Source: Tubiluchus corallicola (lineage: Eukaryota; Animalia; Priapulida). Taken from it: DNA of 64,000 bases. Every line of letters begins with the position of its first letter. The first letter of the stretch is position 1. Location: the NCBI GenBank assembly GCA_030141605.1, contig JAQGDQ010000217.1:248001-312000 (forward strand). Direction: 5' to 3'. Both the position numbers and the translations under genes were made by a program. This document shows positions 1 through 23,138 of the stretch, piece by piece. The notes under the pieces are model-generated. The model had not been told where the DNA came from, did not search any database, and saw only the letters and a program-made list of their open reading frames with translations.

Positions 1-255
1 AACAAGATGTAGTGTTTATAGTAAGGTTAAAAAAATCGTTGTTAAAATGAAACAAAGTGAAAAATATGTGTAAAAAATTAGTGTCATTAAAATGAAATGT
101 TGCTAAGTGTTGTTAAGCAAGGACTTACTGTATGGTCTGTGAGGCGCCACACTACTGGTTTCAGACATTCCATTTTTTAAATAATAATGCTTCTGAAAAT
201 GTACCAGGCACATCCTAGTTATCTTGCTAAAGTATATTGATATTGTGCTGCTTTC

Positions 256-474
256 CGAGTTCTGCACTGAGTTTGCTGTATTGTTAAGTTTATGCAGTTT
301 TCCAAATCTTAGATTTAGCATCTGTTAAAAATGCCAATTAAATCGGATAATAATATAATAGCTCGAGTTCTGCACTGAGTTTGCCGTATAGTTAAGTTTA
401 TGCAGTTTTCCAAATCTTAGATTTAGCATCTGTTAAAAATGCCAATTAAATCGGATAATAATAATATAATAGTT
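256..474. repeat. Direct tandem duplication, 2 x ~108 bp, in spastin upstream intron
   Basis: cgagttctgcactgagtttg...aatcggataataatataatag starts at 256 and again at 364, with few differences. Confidence 0.9.
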
Positions 475-1312
475 CATTAAATGAGATTTTTCTCTAATAG
501 AGGAGCACATTGTTAATTTCTCAGCCTGTTGGCAGTACAGTTCACTCTTACTGTTTGGCTTCTTTTTTTTCTTTAATTTCGTGCACCTGGCCAGGATCTT
601 GCCAGCCCGTACTCCAGTAGTTCAATGATTCAATCATGATCCCCTTTGCAGTAGTAGCAAGCAGACATTAAGTGACTGTGAGATAAAATGACACTATTTC
701 ACTTCTTTCATATCTTTAGTCCTTGTTCTCCTTTTGGTACTCAGCAATGGATTTAAGTGCTACTGATTATTGTTCGTACAGTTTCAATTTCTCCTCGTAT
801 GTTCCAGTTCTGTGGCATTAACCAAGGGCATAGTCAAATAAATATTCAGAACTCAAATTCAGCTTTACATGTAAGAGAACTCAAATCGTCTTTATTCGAA
901 TTTTTTTGATTGTGTTTAACTATTAAAATCTTGAAACTGACTTTCAAAGTCTCTCTTTAACTTCCTTAGGAAATTTTAGTGCTTCTAAGTCTTACTTTCT
1001 CCCCAGACAAGATTTAGTACTAAGTGTTTTTATGCCCATGACATGTCTTCAAAAGAAAATCTCAGAGAAGCCATTTACTACTCTGAACATTTATCGGATT
1101 CTGATCCGGCTCTGTGTATCCAGACTTGATTTGGATCCGGCAAAACAAGATCCAGTCATTTCAGTGTTACCCTATTAAGGATGCATTTAAAAGAAGAAGC
1201 TTAGTTATGGCTAATTGATAATGATAAAAGTATTTTGTATAATATTAACGTGAAAATAGTTATTACTTCTGTATGTTCTGTATTAATATATGCGATTATA
1301 TTTTGTTAATAG

Positions 1313-12476
<11,164 letters not shown>

Positions 12477-14698
12477 ATGAGCAGTAAATATAATAATCAG
12501 AATTATTTATCTGAAAAAATGTTATGTACACTTAATTTGCCTGTTGCATCTCGTGAACAATCAGAGCACAGCCGATATTAACAGTGGTGTTCATACTATT
12601 TTCAGAATTTTGCCAGCTCATTTCTGAGTTGGTGTGGCAATTTATATGCTATTAATGCTTGTTAACTTTTCTACTAAATCAGCCAATTTTAAACCGATGG
12701 TGGAACTTTGACCCATTGGTGTTGGATAAAGGACATATGGGGATTAAAAAATAATCAAATTAATGCCAATGGCATTCTGACTTTTCCTGCATAATTTTAA
12801 TTTAATTTTGATAGTGTTACTAGTAAATACTTGCTAATAAATTGTTATTTGTAATTTACTAGTATGTAATTATACACACAGGCAAAAATAGGTGATTTGT
12901 TATAAGCTGATGCTGAACATAACTGCTTCAAACTTGTCAAGATGCTCATAATAAAATGTGCAAAGCTTCACAAAGAGTATCTGCGGGATTGTTTGTGGAG
13001 GAACTAACTGGTAAAGGTTATAGTGTGTATGACAATATTTGTACTACAAGATTTGGCCAGTCAGCAACTGAATGAAACACAAAGAATTACCGGGGTTCTG
13101 AGTAATTTTTGTGTTAAGTGGCAGTTTAAGCGATATGTTCAGATGGTTCAGTTACTGAATATGCTTTAAGATCTCTATTAATTCGTGTACGGGAAATGTA
13201 TTTTGAATTTTGCCAACATTTTTGCTCGTTCTTGTCTGTAGTAAATTATTTTCCGTGATATATAGTATGATGTATATCAAAAGCAATTACCTCGTTTGTT
13301 AAGAATTATTTTTTCAGCCAATTACTTATTCATTATTAAGACAAAGAAGGCAGTTTCAGAAATGTAACAAGGATAGCATTAAATGCTGTAAAGATAATCA
13401 TATGTCAGTTTCTATTATAGGCAGTTACGCACACATTAGGTGTACATAACTGTATCATCGAAAGCAAGTAACAGTAGCCCATTAGTTATTGTATTTGCAG
13501 CTGCTATTTATGTGGGACTTTAGACTGTAGTAATGGATGAACGGTAGAAAATTTAAAATGGAATGTTTAACAAGGTACTTTTTATAAGGCTGAGAAATTC
13601 CATTTATATATGTCGACTTTTTTGTTACTTGTATTTTATGTTTTGGTTAATATTATTAGAGTGTTTTTGAGATTCCTTTATTATGTTTTTATTCTTATTG
13701 TGATATAATTGATTTGTAAATAATTTGTGCTGTAAATGTGTTCTAACAAAGCACTTTTAGACTTACATGAAGACAGCATCATGAATTTTTTATGACTTGA
13801 TGTGCAACTAAGTTAAAGGTAACATTGATTTTGTTTTTCTTTTCTTTTGTAAGTGTGTATGTGAAGAAAAGAAGCTAAAGAAGTTAGAAATGGACATGTA
13901 AAATTTTGGCATTTTTGTGCAAAATGACAGCCAGAAATTTACATTTTTTGCATTGCGAAATTTGTTATATCTGCTTAGCTTACAGGAAGTGTCAGTTCAT
14001 TTTTGCATTTCTGTTCCATTTTTTTAAACTGTTGTAACTTGTTTGTGGCCACTGAAAGTATTATTGCTTAACTAACGGATTGTAAATTTACGTTGTGCTT
14101 TAACTGATTGATGTTGTATTTTGTGTATAATAAGGTAACAAAACAATATGAGCTTGAAATTTTAACTACTTAAAAGACAAGATTAGCAAATTCACATTCA
14201 GGCGAAATATGCCAATTGAAATTTTTTATCATCTACATGTGAATTGCTCTACTCAATTGTAAATGTGAATTATGTAAATTACTAAAAAAATTTTATACTG
14301 CCTGAGTCTCAAACAAAGTGCAGCTATTAGAGAGTCACTGTTCCTAGCTGACATAAAATTATCCAATGAATATTTTAACGCGCTGCATAGTTTGCTAATT
14401 TTCTCCTGTAATCACTTGTACATTAGTGCCCTTTACTTCAGGTCATGACACTGTTTTTCGAGCAAACCCAGTAAGATAAAAGCTGTAGTTGATGGGCAAG
14501 CAATGTAACTTGGAGAATAACACAATTGCAAATTTTTCGTTAACACTTGCTAACATGGTAATTATCGATTACATTTGGTAATTATTGACAATTGCTATTC
14601 TGTCTGTCTGTAAAAATGTACCCTATGCCAGTGTTTAGTGTACAATTTCGTCACATTCTTCTGTAGTAAGTTGTTACCCAAGCAATAGCAGTTTTTTC

Positions 14699-14704
14699 AA
14701 TAAA
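14699..14704 (+). terminator. Candidate spastin polyadenylation signal (AATAAA)
   Basis: AATAAA followed by a U-rich tract about 2.2 kb after the stop and just before repeat-derived sequence begins; other signals are possible. Confidence 0.3.
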
Positions 14705-14984
14705 CTTTAAAATGTTGCTTCATTTCTTTTATTCCAACCATCTTTCTTGTTAATTGCATGAAAAGTAAAAACATTGCTTTCAGATCAGAGTTGCTGTAAC
14801 ACAACGAGGGGTAGGAAAGAAGTTAATATATTTTAGACTAATTTAATATTTTCTAATTCAGTAGGTTACGATATGGAGTACTGAAAGTGTAACATTGAAT
14901 TGAGGTCAAGACAGTCAGAGTTAAAAATTTCCCACTATTAAACAATCCAGTTACGTTTTATGGATGAGGTGGCATAATTACGAT

Positions 14985-15110
14985 TGTATGTCGTTTCGCC
15001 AGGTCACGATTAGCCAGTGGGTCATTTCGCCAGTCTCGTTTCATCAGTCTACCATTTCGCCAGTCTATCATGTCGCCAGTCTATCTTTTCGCCAGTCTAT
15101 TATTTTGCCT
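14985..15110 (+). repeat. Degenerate ~15-nt tandem array (catttcgccagtcta), resembling subterminal repeats of a non-autonomous DNA element
   Basis: About 8 copies of a tttcgccagt-like core, read directly. Confidence 0.65.
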
Positions 15111-15700
15111 GTAAGCATCTCCAAAAGCAATATTAACGGTCTGGTTTCTTGTCAGAATGTGAAGTAACTATTTCTCAAAGAATTTGAATTTGTTTCATCT
15201 GGTAGCAAGTAGAAGATTGAGATTATTAAACTCTCGAGGTAAGTAAAGCGGGTCTGACTCTAACAGATACAGATTGTAGCTAACGTCATGATTGCGAATT
15301 TTTGACTTAACAGCAATACTGGAATACTAAAATGCATCATTGAAGTACTGTACCAGGCTAAGCCACCACTTCTAGATTTATCAGAATCTTACGGGCGATC
15401 ACTTAATTCTAGCACAAGTAAAGTTGGGAATCTGTTTTCAATAGTACTTTCCAACCAGGTCTCAGCTAGACCAATAACTTTAATCGATGCCTTAATTTCT
15501 ACACTGATTAAGATATCTTCTGGTTGGGCGAAATTGTGAAATTTATCTAGTTTACTTGACAACAGATCCCACTTGTTCAACTTGTCACTGTTGGCAAATG
15601 TGCCTTAATATTTTAATGCAGTATGGTTACATGTTTGACAAAATTTTACTCGCGTACATGCCCTTTTGCTTCTGTTTTAGAATGATTTTTGTCATTGTTG
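15110..15700 (-). mobile_element. Decayed non-LTR retrotransposon fragment (ORF start plus APE endonuclease; Rex/Babar-CR1-group-like)
   Basis: Broken minus-strand frames read RSKRACTRVK..FANSDKLNKWDLL, VIGLAETWL, KSRSGGLAWY and PLYLPREFNN. The PxYLPREF motif is typical of Rex/Babar-like endonucleases. Confidence 0.7.
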
Positions 15701-15999
15701 ATGTTGCTGGGTCTATTAAGTCTGCTTTTGAGATTTTCTTTGAAACTATTAGCAATTTTTTATGCTAAAGAATTCAGCTTTCTTGCATATCGTAAAGTTT
15801 CCTTCATTGATAATTACTTTGTGGAAAAATGGGGTTTTTATGGTTGTATTCCCTTAATCCCTATCTTTTCTCACCAGTCCGCCTGGTAGATATATTATCT
15901 GTCAGCTGGTAAACCCGTGGGAATCATTTTTTCTTGGCTCAGTATGCGTTTCTTGAGCATAACAGGTCTTTTATGTCAGTGGGTTGCTAACGCTATCCT

Positions 16000-16059
16000 G
16001 ACAACCCACCCCATTTACCCGGGCTTGGGACCGGCACTTAGTTCAGCTGGATTGCTGCC
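16000..16059 (-). ncRNA. Twister ribozyme fold (type-P1)
   Basis: Minus strand GGCAG-CAA-UCCA-GC-UGAACUAAGU-GCCGG-UCCCAAGC-CCGG-GUAAA-UGGG-GUGGG-UUGUC aligns element by element with the rice twister (CCGCC-UAA-CACU-GC-CAAU-GCCGG-UCCCAAGC-CCGG-AUAAA-AGUG-GAGGG-GGCGG). P1, P2, P4, T1 and T2 pairings can all form. Confidence 0.85.
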
Positions 16060-17204
16060 TCAGTGGTTGGGTAAACAGCAGTAAAGTATATTCAAAAGTA
16101 AATGCATGGCTGATCACCATTATTAGAGATGGGCAAACTGACCGCAAGATAAAACCTGTTATTCAATCGGAAAACTCTGCAAAAAATACTAAGCATCAAC
16201 AAGTAAACATAATTCTTCCGAAGCTATAGGCTGACAAATAATGTGCGATGATAGTTTTCAGAATACAAAATTCTTTTAAAAATTAACACAACACGGAAAG
16301 TTTTTGTGCATAATCAGACGACAAGCTAGCAGTGCAGTGACATAATTAATTATTATGAAATGAACAGAGACAAATAAATGAAAATGTAATGTAATCTACT
16401 AATCTAATCAAGTTGGTATTTGTCACACTTATACGATTTTAAAAGAACCAAAAGTTTATTTTATAAACAACGCTGTAAGTATATCATATACTGCACTAAA
16501 ACAAACTGCACTGAATAGAAATCGTAAATCGTTCTCGCTTGGATACGTCTTGTCAATTATCAACAGATAGCTCAATGCCAATGATCGCAAAATAAAAACA
16601 TTGAGTACATTAGGATTTATTAATCAAATTAATATGCGTTGTATGATATAATTACTGACAGTAGTGAAGTAATGCACGCATCCGTAAGTTTTTGTTTTAC
16701 TTTTTGCCCATAATTTATCGTTTTGAGTAAATAAAAGCAAAAATTTGAAAAACCATGCGGCTGCTTTGCGGTTTGTGTATTCATCTTTTCTGATAAATGT
16801 AAGTAAATTTGTTGAAGGGAAAAGCAATATCTAATTTTGTACTTTTGTTCAAAGTAATCCGTGGTCTAAAATAATTAGAAAGGGTTTGTATATTTTCGGG
16901 CGACATGTGTTAAAAATTAGTAGGTTAATACTAATAGATGCAAATAATTATTTTTTCTTGTAATTATATACAGTAATATTAAGAATATAAACAAAATGCG
17001 TTACTAATAGCTTAGGGAAAAACGGTAAAGGTTAGCAAATCAGCCACCCTTGTAGTTAAAGTTAATAGAACTTTGAAAGAAAATCTAGCGACTATTTAAA
17101 TCTAGGTATTTTGCACGCTTAACTTGAGCTCATTTGTCTTATCTGGTTTAACAAATGTACGTAGAGAAAACTTAATGCGGGTATATACAGTACTTCCTCT
17201 TTAA

Positions 17205-19338
17205 AGGGGGAATATCACCAAAATAAATTTGAGCTTGAATAACACGCAATTACATATATGTAAATCGTTCTTCCCGAAAATTTAATGTTTAAGAATCTTT
17301 GGCAAAAGTTCGGATAAAATTGTGTACAAAACGAAAATTTGACTAGGCTATCATTGAGCATGGACCTGCGGCTGCACCTGTGGTGGCAAAAATTGTCGTA
17401 TTGCAGATGAGACTTGGCATAAGTCACAAGAGGAGAACGCCTACGCTGTACGCGCTATACACAACACTGTTTGAGTATTTGTTTGCACCAGCAAGCAGCG
17501 TCAGCATACAGTACTTTTTATGCCGTTTATACATTGTGACGGTATCTCAGTATACTATAGTATATACTACAGTATACTATACCAAACACTAGCTTATTGT
17601 GGATTGAATGCTTGGTCTTATTGAAGAATAGCCGTGGAGTGTGTTACGCTAGGATTGAGCAATTAGACGGGCTGTTCGATGCAGCAGTCAGACGGAAAGT
17701 GTCGGAATATGAAGTCAAAATATAAAAAATTTTACTTAGTTTCCAATGAGCAACAGAAAATTATTGAAGCAATTAAAGCACAATCTAAAAAAGCTGGATT
17801 CATGCTTACAAACTGCTGCGACTTGATCTGTGTGTTTTAATTTCTCGGCTGTTTGCTTTGCAACGCAAGTTTAGAACATGACGAACTCTAGTGTTAAAAA
17901 CATTGTGCTTACACTTTGGACAGATTTAGTCAGATGCAGTTTTTGGTAGTGTCTTTTTTAATTAGTTTCATTTTAAGCCCAAGTGCATAGTTTATCGAGC
18001 AGTTTAGTCATCTCGCGATTTGTATCCATTTCAATAAAAATATCAGAATTACATTACGTAGTGCAATTTTTTGTATTTATGACGTTTCTTCTTCCTGAAT
18101 TTTGAATATTAAATAAAAAAAGACATTGCAAATCATAAATTATGTTAAACCTTACAGCATAAACAATGAGTTCAGTATATTTGGTAATTTGTATAGAACA
18201 AAGAGCGTTGTACTACATTATTTTGTACTACATGCACTTTTTCAACTGTGTAATAGAATGAGTGTCAGAATAACCTTGCTTGAAATAGCACAATAAATAA
18301 TTATTTTGTCATTGAACCAGATTATATTGTTATTTTTTATTTTGTAAAAGTGGATAATAATATGTTAATAATAAATGCATTATTATCATTAATTTTTACT
18401 TCAGTCCAACTGACCACAAGAATTTTATTTAATCCTAATAATATTGCTGTGTAAAAATGAACACAACATGTTGTTGTCATATAAAAACAAAAGCTAATGA
18501 ACAACAGTTAAAGTTCTGGTTGATATTAAAAGTCTTACCGATTTAACTGACTGAAACATGACAAAGTTAAAAATGTTCATATATGTTTAATCACTACTGC
18601 TACAGCTAATATGTTATGGTCCTGTGACCATGGGTTTCACATATTTTTTGTCAAGGCTGATAAAATGAAGCTGTCACTAAAAATTGTCTCACTAACTTTA
18701 TAATTATGCTTCAGTGAGTTTCTCTGTGTTACAAACTCATTAATTCTTCTAGTAGAATGAAGTTATTGTATCGGACTTGTTTTACAAAAAAAACTTTTTG
18801 TTACCAAGACGCGCACTTTTTCAGCTTGTATTGCTGACAATGTTTTCAATCAATGCCACAAGAATTTTCACAATATGCTTTAGGTCTACTTTTGCTCAAT
18901 GATTGTTTACACGTCTATTAGAATATACCATAATGGACCTATAACTTTCGACAGTAGTAAAATATATCACTTTTGCAGAATTTGATAGAAACATGTGAAT
19001 GAGCGCAATGACAATCGTTTCTATCAGCTGACTACCTATCTGACTCAAGGTCAAATCCTGTAGTGTAGTAATAATGGCTTTATTTTTAGCCCAGTTGTGT
19101 ACGAGAGTATCACAACAAAAACTGCGGGTACACTGTCTGCTACATCATTAGCAGAGCTGCGCTAGTTCAATTTTTTCACCGGGAAGGATGTAAGTGCAGC
19201 TCTACGGCGTTTCTCGCGAGATACAAAAAAATTAATTACACTTTAATTAGACAACATACTGCTAAAAAAATGCGCCAAGTTGCTCATGGGTAAGACAACT
19301 GTAAAATAAGTTTAACTTGATTTTCATGATATTCTCCT
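17205..19338 (+). mobile_element. Non-autonomous Kolobok-like DNA transposon with a decayed THAP-like segment
   Basis: TTAA on both sides (17201-17204, 19339-19342). Imperfect TIRs agggggaatatcaccaaaataaatttgagctt and (rc) aggagaatatcatgaaaatcaagttaaactt. Internal broken frame FPMSNRKLLKQLKHNLKK..GFMLTN..C...FSAVCF at about 17670-17865. Confidence 0.6.
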
Positions 19339-19473
19339 TTAAACAGCTGGCCAGTCGGCGTCGTGGTATAGAACATTCAGAAAATAATTGCCATTATGAA
19401 AGTGGCAAGTTCATGTTGATGTAGTCTAATAATTTTAACTCAAACTGTTCAACTTCACTGTTTTTCGCGTAGT

Positions 19474-19864
19474 TAGGGATGCACCGGATCCAGTTTTGCT
19501 GGTTCCAGATTGGATGCAGATCTGTATGTGTCGGAGCAAGTTACAGATCTGCAAATTAATGTAGACAATATTTCATTTATTTTGCCATTTGCTCATGTGG
19601 TGGCATCATCTGTTCATTTTCAGGATGACTGAATAGTTTTAAGTAGAAATTCTTTTAAATTGATGTGCTGCAATTTTGAACACTTGATTTGCGCTTCAGT
19701 TCTTTATTACATATACAGCATATAGCGTAATCCCCATTTGTTGGATTTACACTAAAAAAACTGCAACTATGGAAGCAGATGACTCTAAATTTTTGGCATT
19801 TTGTGCATGGGTACATTAAAATTACTGGATTTTGGGATCCAGAACTGAATCAGGCACTTCCCTA
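19474..19864. mobile_element. Old hAT(Ac)-like MITE
   Basis: Ends tagggatgcaccggatc and (rc) tagggaagtgcctgattc, with ggatcc/cggat subterminal repeats; TSD not recognisable. Similar fragments near 1090-1175 and 62450-62530. Confidence 0.4.
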
Positions 19865-20192
19865 AATGTAAACATTTTTTGTACTGGAAATGTTTGTGAA
19901 TTGTTTGAAGAAGCCATTGCACAGCATTTTTCGGCACGTGATTACTTAAAGCCTTGTTGGTAGCACGTTTTTTGCCATCCCTTTCCTTCTGTTTGTCATT
20001 ATGTTAACCATACTAAATAACTAGAGGAAAGTAGAAGGGTCTGAATATGGTATCTTCCTGCAGTGATCTTGCCGTGCTGTTATAATAAGGCTATTTAGTG
20101 AAATGTTGCCCTCACTATGCTAGTTGACTTATGCAAAATGTTGGAACGAAATATTAAAACCTCGGTTTTACTTTTAACAGGTTTTAACACTC

Positions 20193-20400
20193 AATTGCAA
20201 GGCCTAACTGAAAGTAGATGGAAGTGGTGGGATGAAACCCATCTCGTTATCAAGGATAATTCTCTATGATGAGTTGCCATTCTAGCAATTAAGTGTCTCT
20301 GTCGCTTCGAATCTGTACGTCCCCCTTGTACAACTAGACCTGTTTCTTAGCGAGATAGTGCCAGGGCAATACGCCCTATGAAACAATTCATTCATCCATC
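20193..20400 (+). repeat. Dispersed SINE-like repeat copy
   Basis: Shares gtggtggga...caaggataattctcta...tgtctctg with an inverted copy at about 35125-35265 (16-nt exact match, 20251-20266 vs rc 35185-35200). Ends in a cattc/catc tail. Confidence 0.55.
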
Positions 20401-21667
20401 CGTTGACATGGCTTGGTGTCATTCATCCATTGACCTGGCTTGATAGATGATATTGTTTATAGGAAAACTGGACCCCATCTTAAACTGTAGCTCAAAATAA
20501 TCTACCTTAAAAATACATACTATTTTTTCAAGAATGACTTACGTGAAAGAATTATTAGCAGTAGAATGTAATTTCATGTTATCATGGCCAGCTCTTTGCT
20601 GTTACAAGCTTTTTACCATTTGCTAGTTATATCTTGTGCCTGCATCTTGGAAATGCGTTGCACAAAAACAGGTGATGTACCTCTCAGTTCTAAGGTGTTC
20701 ATTTGTCACATAGTGCACACAGTCAAGAGCTCATTTACTTAAGCAAAGCGGCAAACTTAGAATTTAAATTTTAAACTTAAAATTAAATGTGTTTTTGTAT
20801 ATCACACTGAATGTTGTTCAGTAGCGCTGTGCTTCAATTTTCAATTTTGCAAACACGTGCAGCATGCTCATGGAATGTTTGTTGAAATAATTTTCATTTG
20901 TGATGTCATCACTAGTTGGGCTTGCCTGTTGTTGCTTAAGTTTTTAACCTATTATTTAATTACCAGAAACACTTTGGCATTATTATAGTTCTTGAAATGT
21001 ATACTTTAAATGTATATTTATTTGATATTCTGTCGGGCAGCTTCATTACTGATTTTAGCAGCTAGCTGTTTATTTCATTGAGGGAAGAGTGGGAGGTAGG
21101 ATGTCCAGAACTTGGTTGAGATACCGCTGCCGGTTTAGTAATAATGTTAATAATGAGACAGGATCCATTCCCACCCCACCACCTACATTAAGTAGACTTT
21201 GCCGTTGAGTGCTGGTTTTTAGTTTGCACAGTGTCAAATTGTCTGATTTACAACCATTATGACCTACAGTAACTGTTTATCGTGTATTGCACTGTGCTAG
21301 TATTTTGAAAATTAAATATAGTAAATACTATAGTAACACTAGACATTTGCAGGTAGTATTTTTTATTTAGCAAAGGTAAAGTAATCAGAAATTCACGAAA
21401 AAGGTGTAACTTCAACATCGAATGCTCAGAAATATGAAATTGTTTACCATCGCAGTTTGTTAAGAGATACTGGCCACTGGCAACTGTACATACTTATATC
21501 CCAGACTAATTTTTAGAACTAATAATTCATTGTAACTATTGTGCCAGATAAATGTGTAGTGGTGGTTATACTGACAAAAATATACTTAAACACTTCTTAA
21601 GACTAATCGTAATTTTCAAATGATGTTCTCTGACCTCTTCTTTACAGGTTGGGGAATTGGTAAACCT

Positions 21668-22797
21668 CAAGGCCGGCTCAAGGCATAGGCAAACTAGGCA
21701 ATGCCTAGGGCAGAAAATTTTTGGGAGGAAAATCTATTTGTCCTTTGGAAGCAAAAACATGTGATTTAACTCACAAGTGAATAAATTTTGAGTTTAAACT
21801 TTCTTGAACCAAAATGCTTTAAAATTTGCAAAATACTGCTGCTACATCAGTTAAAGGTCATTTTGCATTTTTATGGATTTCACTTAATATTTAAGCTCTA
21901 GAGCTTTTGGCATGCATGGCATATCTCCAGTCATTCTGTCTCATTTTGATAAAATTAATACATCTGTAATATTTGTAAAATTATAAACAATGCATCATAA
22001 GTGAGACTCAGTAGACTTTAACTCTTTATTTCAATTGAAAGTGAATTGGCTAACAAAATAGACATTAAACAGATAGCAAATGAAAGTTTGCTACAAGAAA
22101 AGCATGGAAGGCCGCATTTTTAAGTTTTAATGATGTATGATGTGATGATCTGCAGGAGCTTAATTGCTAAAAATAAAATCGACTTTGTGCTGTGTATTTT
22201 TATTATAATGCTGCAGCAGCGCCAATCAGTATGTGCGCCTTCTGGACAGATGTCAGATCAGACTTAGATTCACTAATTTGCTGACAGTGCTATTTTCAAG
22301 CCTAAGTTCATTAATGTTAAATATACTATTAACTCGACGGGTGACTTTTCCACCACCAGATTCGCCGAGTAAGGATGGTAACAGATAGGTCAGCTTTATA
22401 TATTATTATAACATACTTACAGTTATTCTGCGCAATCTGTTTGTCAACAAAACAGGCAACAATCGAGTTATGTAGTGGAATGTACTCCATTGTGAGCTCT
22501 TTTAAGATATCAAAGGCGATAATAAACTACAGTGCACTTGTTAAAGTTTATAAGGTTTGGGGAAAAATTCTATAAAATACAAATTCCTACCATAAAAGAT
22601 AATTACTTGTCAGATATAATTAATTAGTTAATTAAAAAACAAATTATTCAAAGCATGAAACTTTAAATTTTTGGTTCAAAAGAAAGAAGAAGGCTTTCAA
22701 GACCCTTAAAATGCAAAAAAGCATTGTCACCCGTGCTCCATTGAGATGAATTTTTCTAGGTTCGCCTTGGGTGATAAATTATCTTGAAACAGCCCTA
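21668..22797 (+). mobile_element. Internally deleted hAT transposon with a transposase C-terminal (dimerization domain) relic
   Basis: TIRs caaggccggctcaag and (rc) tagggctgtttcaag. 8-bp TSD gtaaacct (21660-21667) and ataaacct (22798-22805). About 22001-22120 reads RLSRL*LFISIESELANKIDIKQIANE/FATRKA, like ZMYM1-type hAT C-termini. Confidence 0.75.
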
Positions 22798-22831
22798 ATA
22801 AACCTATTGATAATTTGATATCGTACACACA

Positions 22832-22944
22832 TTAGTTTCCAAAGTCATGTATTAAGCCAGTACCCATCAAATACTTCCCATGTACTTTATCATTTTCTTT
22901 ATTCATTGCTACAGTAAGATGATTCTTCCAGTCTTCTACTTTAC
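22832..22944 (-). pseudogene. Duplicated copy (B) of the sulfotransferase last exon; open frame with diverged motifs
   Basis: Intact AG acceptor (22946-22945). Reads GKVEDWKNHLTVAMNKENDKVHGKYLMGTGLIHDFGN*, with 11 differences in 113 nt from copy A. Confidence 0.8.
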
Positions 22945-23138
22945 CTAGGCAAATAAACAAATTCATTATAAGAAATAAATAGCTATTAGTATATGCTGAT
23001 GATAACTGTTTTCGTAATTGGGCAAATTCTACATAAAAGTAAAAAATGTGATTTACATTTAATAAATTTAATTTAATTTACACTTCTAATTTAATTTACA
23101 CTTCACATGTACCTTTTCGGAAAAAGGTTGGCAGTACA

